A stretch of 50,357 bases of DNA, counting the filler, from Dimargaris cristalligena (Eukaryota): assembly GCA_003614675.1 (NCBI GenBank). It is 2 parts of 2 records of this genome, joined end to end, with 100 filler letters (N's around TTAATTAATTAA, not from the genome) between each part and the next. Parts side by side here need not be neighbours in the genome. Positions count along the whole stretch, not along the records: positions 25,244 to 50,357 come from ML002571.1; 1 more part is not named here. One strand, given 5' to 3'. Shown here piece after piece: positions 48,144 through 50,357 of this stretch. A model generated the notes under the pieces. It ran no database searches, had not been told where the DNA came from, and saw nothing but the letters and a program-made list of their open reading frames with translations. A program made the position numbers and the translations under genes. The stretch's first letter is position 1. Each line of letters begins with the position of its first letter.

Positions 48144-49130
48144 ATGTCGGCGATTCCCAACAGTCGCTACAAACGGTCCGATAAGCTGGGTGAGGGTACC
48201 TATGCGACCGTCTACAAGGGCGAGGACACCCAGAACGGGGCCATCGTGGCCCTCAAGGACATCCACTACGACCCTGAAGAGGGTACTCCGTCCACCGCCG
48301 TTCGTGAAATTGCCCTCATGAAGGAACTCCGCCATGACAACATTGTCCGGCTGCTGCATGTGGAACAAACCGAAAACAACCTCGTGATGGTCTTTGAATT
48401 CATGGACAAGGATCTGAAGAAGTACATGGACACCGTGGGTACACCCGGTACCGGTGCTCTCGATGCCGGGGTCATTCGGCGCTTTATGTTCCACCTTCTC
48501 CAGGGTCTCGCGTTCTGCCACGACCGGCGGGTGCTCCATCGCGACTTGAAACCGCAGAACTTGCTCATCAGCAAAACGGGCGTGCTCAAATTGGCCGATT
48601 TCGGTCTGGCGCGCAGTACCGGTATCCCCGTCACCACGTTTTCCAACGAAGTGGTCACCTTGTGGTACCGCGCCCCCGACGTTCTACTGGGTTCCAAGAA
48701 CTACGATACCACCATCGATATGTGGTCGGTGGGCTGCATTTTCGCCGAAATGTACACTGGTCGCCCGCTGTTCCCTGGCAATAATGCGGATGATCAAATT
48801 AACCGCATCTTCCGTGTACTGGGTACGCCAACCTACCAGACCTGGCCCCTGTTGCCCGAACTACCCAATGCCAAGAGCAAGACGTTCACCCATCACAATC
48901 CAGTGCCTCTACCTAGTGTGCTCCCTATGATGGACCACCTAGCTATTGATTTATTGAGTCGCCTCCTACGCTATGAGCCCAGTCAGCGCATCGGGGCTAA
49001 GGAGGCCCTTATGCATCCTTATTTCAGTGAGCTCATGCCTCAACAACAACAGCAGCAGCAGCAACAGCAGCCCTATAACATGTATTTCCCCCCCAACATG
49101 ATTCCATCCAATTTCCCCAACTATTTCTAG
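48144..49130 (+). CDS. PHO85: Cyclin-dependent kinase Pho85-like (PSTAVRE), intronless, with a C-terminal polyQ
   Basis: [57 protein letters not shown] and [20 protein letters not shown]. Likely start ATG 48144. Confidence 0.92.
   Translation: MSAIPNSRYKRSDKLGEGTYATVYKGEDTQNGAIVALKDIHYDPEEGTPSTAVREIALMKELRHDNIVRLLHVEQTENNLVMVFEFMDKDLKKYMDTVGTPGTGALDAGVIRRFMFHLLQGLAFCHDRRVLHRDLKPQNLLISKTGVLKLADFGLARSTGIPVTTFSNEVVTLWYRAPDVLLGSKNYDTTIDMWSVGCIFAEMYTGRPLFPGNNADDQINRIFRVLGTPTYQTWPLLPELPNAKSKTFTHHNPVPLPSVLPMMDHLAIDLLSRLLRYEPSQRIGAKEALMHPYFSELMPQQQQQQQQQQPYNMYFPPNMIPSNFPNYF
49041..49070 (+). repeat. CAA/CAG trinucleotide tract encoding Q10
   Basis: caacaacaacagcagcagcagcaacagcag. Confidence 0.9.
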
Positions 49131-49349
49131 TTCACCACCTTGACACCCATCCATTCTTGTGCTTTCGCTCTGTATTTTCGTCTAACTCTATAAATTACCG
49201 TCATCAGTTCTCTCCATACGTATTCATATAATTCCAATACCTCTCATTTGTCTGTTCTTGGGCTGAATTTTTTCATTGGGTGGCTGTTACGTATTGCGAC
49301 TCCATCGCATTAGGAATATAGTCCATTATTCGCATATCGGTTTGATTGC

Positions 49350-49492
49350 ATTTGAGAGAAGTTCATCCAGGCTGTATAGCGAAAAATCCGTTGGATGAGG
49401 CAAATATTACTGGTTGAAATTAAATCTTCCGCCTAATATCCCATACACATAGCTTTTAAATCTTATACAGCTGGGCCGAATTTCACCCAATT
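49350..49492 (+). mobile_element. MITE-like element, copy 6 (about 220 bp downstream of PHO85)
   Basis: atttgagagaagttcatccaggctgtatagcgaaaaatccgttggatgaggcaaatattactgg...tatacagctgggccgaatttcacccaat. Confidence 0.85.
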
Positions 49493-50357
49493 CGTTGTCG
49501 GTTTAATCACATTCCTCAGCAAAGGAAGCTCTGCCTTGTGGGTATTTTATTACTCTCGAGGACCAGGCGTGGCCTAGTCGCGAATGCTTCAACTGGTTAC
49601 ACAATGGCTCTTTTTTCTACCAATTGCCTACCCGAATATTTTTACATATTTCGCATCCCAAAGATAATAAATAACCAATATGACAATTATAGTTCCCGTA
49701 TCGGAGGGAGGGGCGGGTGGATAAATTAAATGGAAATAAGGGTATTGAAGTCATTCGACGGAACTGTGTATAAGTTTGGACAGCTTTTGCATATTATACT
49801 CGGCGATATTTATTTTTAAATGATAGATTTTGACCTGCTACATGTTATCGGGATGGAATGGAGCTGTGATATATAGTATTTATCGGTATGGTAATACCTA
49901 ATGAAAAGAGCTGGCAAGAACTGGGGGTGGCCAGAGCGGTTAGTTTTGATAAAAACCGAAGGGTGCAGATTCCCCTACCTCAATGGTTGTTACACTAGCT
50001 CTGCCACTGAACAAGGGGCCCGTCACAGAACAATCGAATGGATGTCCGGTTGAATAGGTAGGACGAATTCCTCTCCAATCGTTTACCTCGTTGGCCGATA
50101 GGGAGTGGACAACGGGCTCGTTGCGCGGGTGTGCCATTCTCTCATAAATGTGAATATTACAGAGTTTTTATGCACAGCTGCTCCCACACCTTCAGACCTG
50201 TCACTAAATAATGATAAATAGAAAGACTGGAAAAGGGAGTCTAATTCATACGTTTTAACTAAAGCGTAATATAAATATTAATGTCATTGAAAAATAAATT
50301 TTTGTTGTGCCGCCTCCCCAAGAACCACAAACTTCGGCGGCACCTATTCCTAGGCCC

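Noticed and set aside
983-49492. Dispersed repeats or the 186/243-bp tandem arrays as a CRISPR array
   Set aside because: Eukaryotic context, no repeat-spacer periodicity, no cas genes; the tandem units are coding.

Overview
Eukaryotic, fungal-type genomic DNA with GT-AG introns, GC-rich exons and AT-rich intergenic tracts. An early-diverging (Zoopagomycota-like) fungus is my unverified guess. The window is two sequence pieces joined by a 100-bp N linker with TTAATTAATTAA at its centre (25144-25243). The left piece holds an OSR1/SPAK-like STE20 kinase, ASA1, RPN3, RPN11 and NUP133, then about 6 kb of decayed, partly CpG-free DNA. The right piece holds DPH7 (cut by the gap), an expansin-like DPBB protein, PEX11, a secreted 7-domain hevein/CBM18 lectin, a divergent M36 fungalysin, a secreted Gly/Asn/Asp/Arg/Trp-rich repeat precursor with Kex2-type HRR|SP sites, MPP10 and a PHO85-like CDK. 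Most notable: (1) a ~144-bp MITE-like family with six co-oriented copies, one inside the RPN11 intron; (2) the Kex2-processed repeat precursor; (3) a run of co-oriented secreted, cell-wall-directed genes; (4) kilobase-scale CpG deserts. All calls come from manual reading; no database searches were run.
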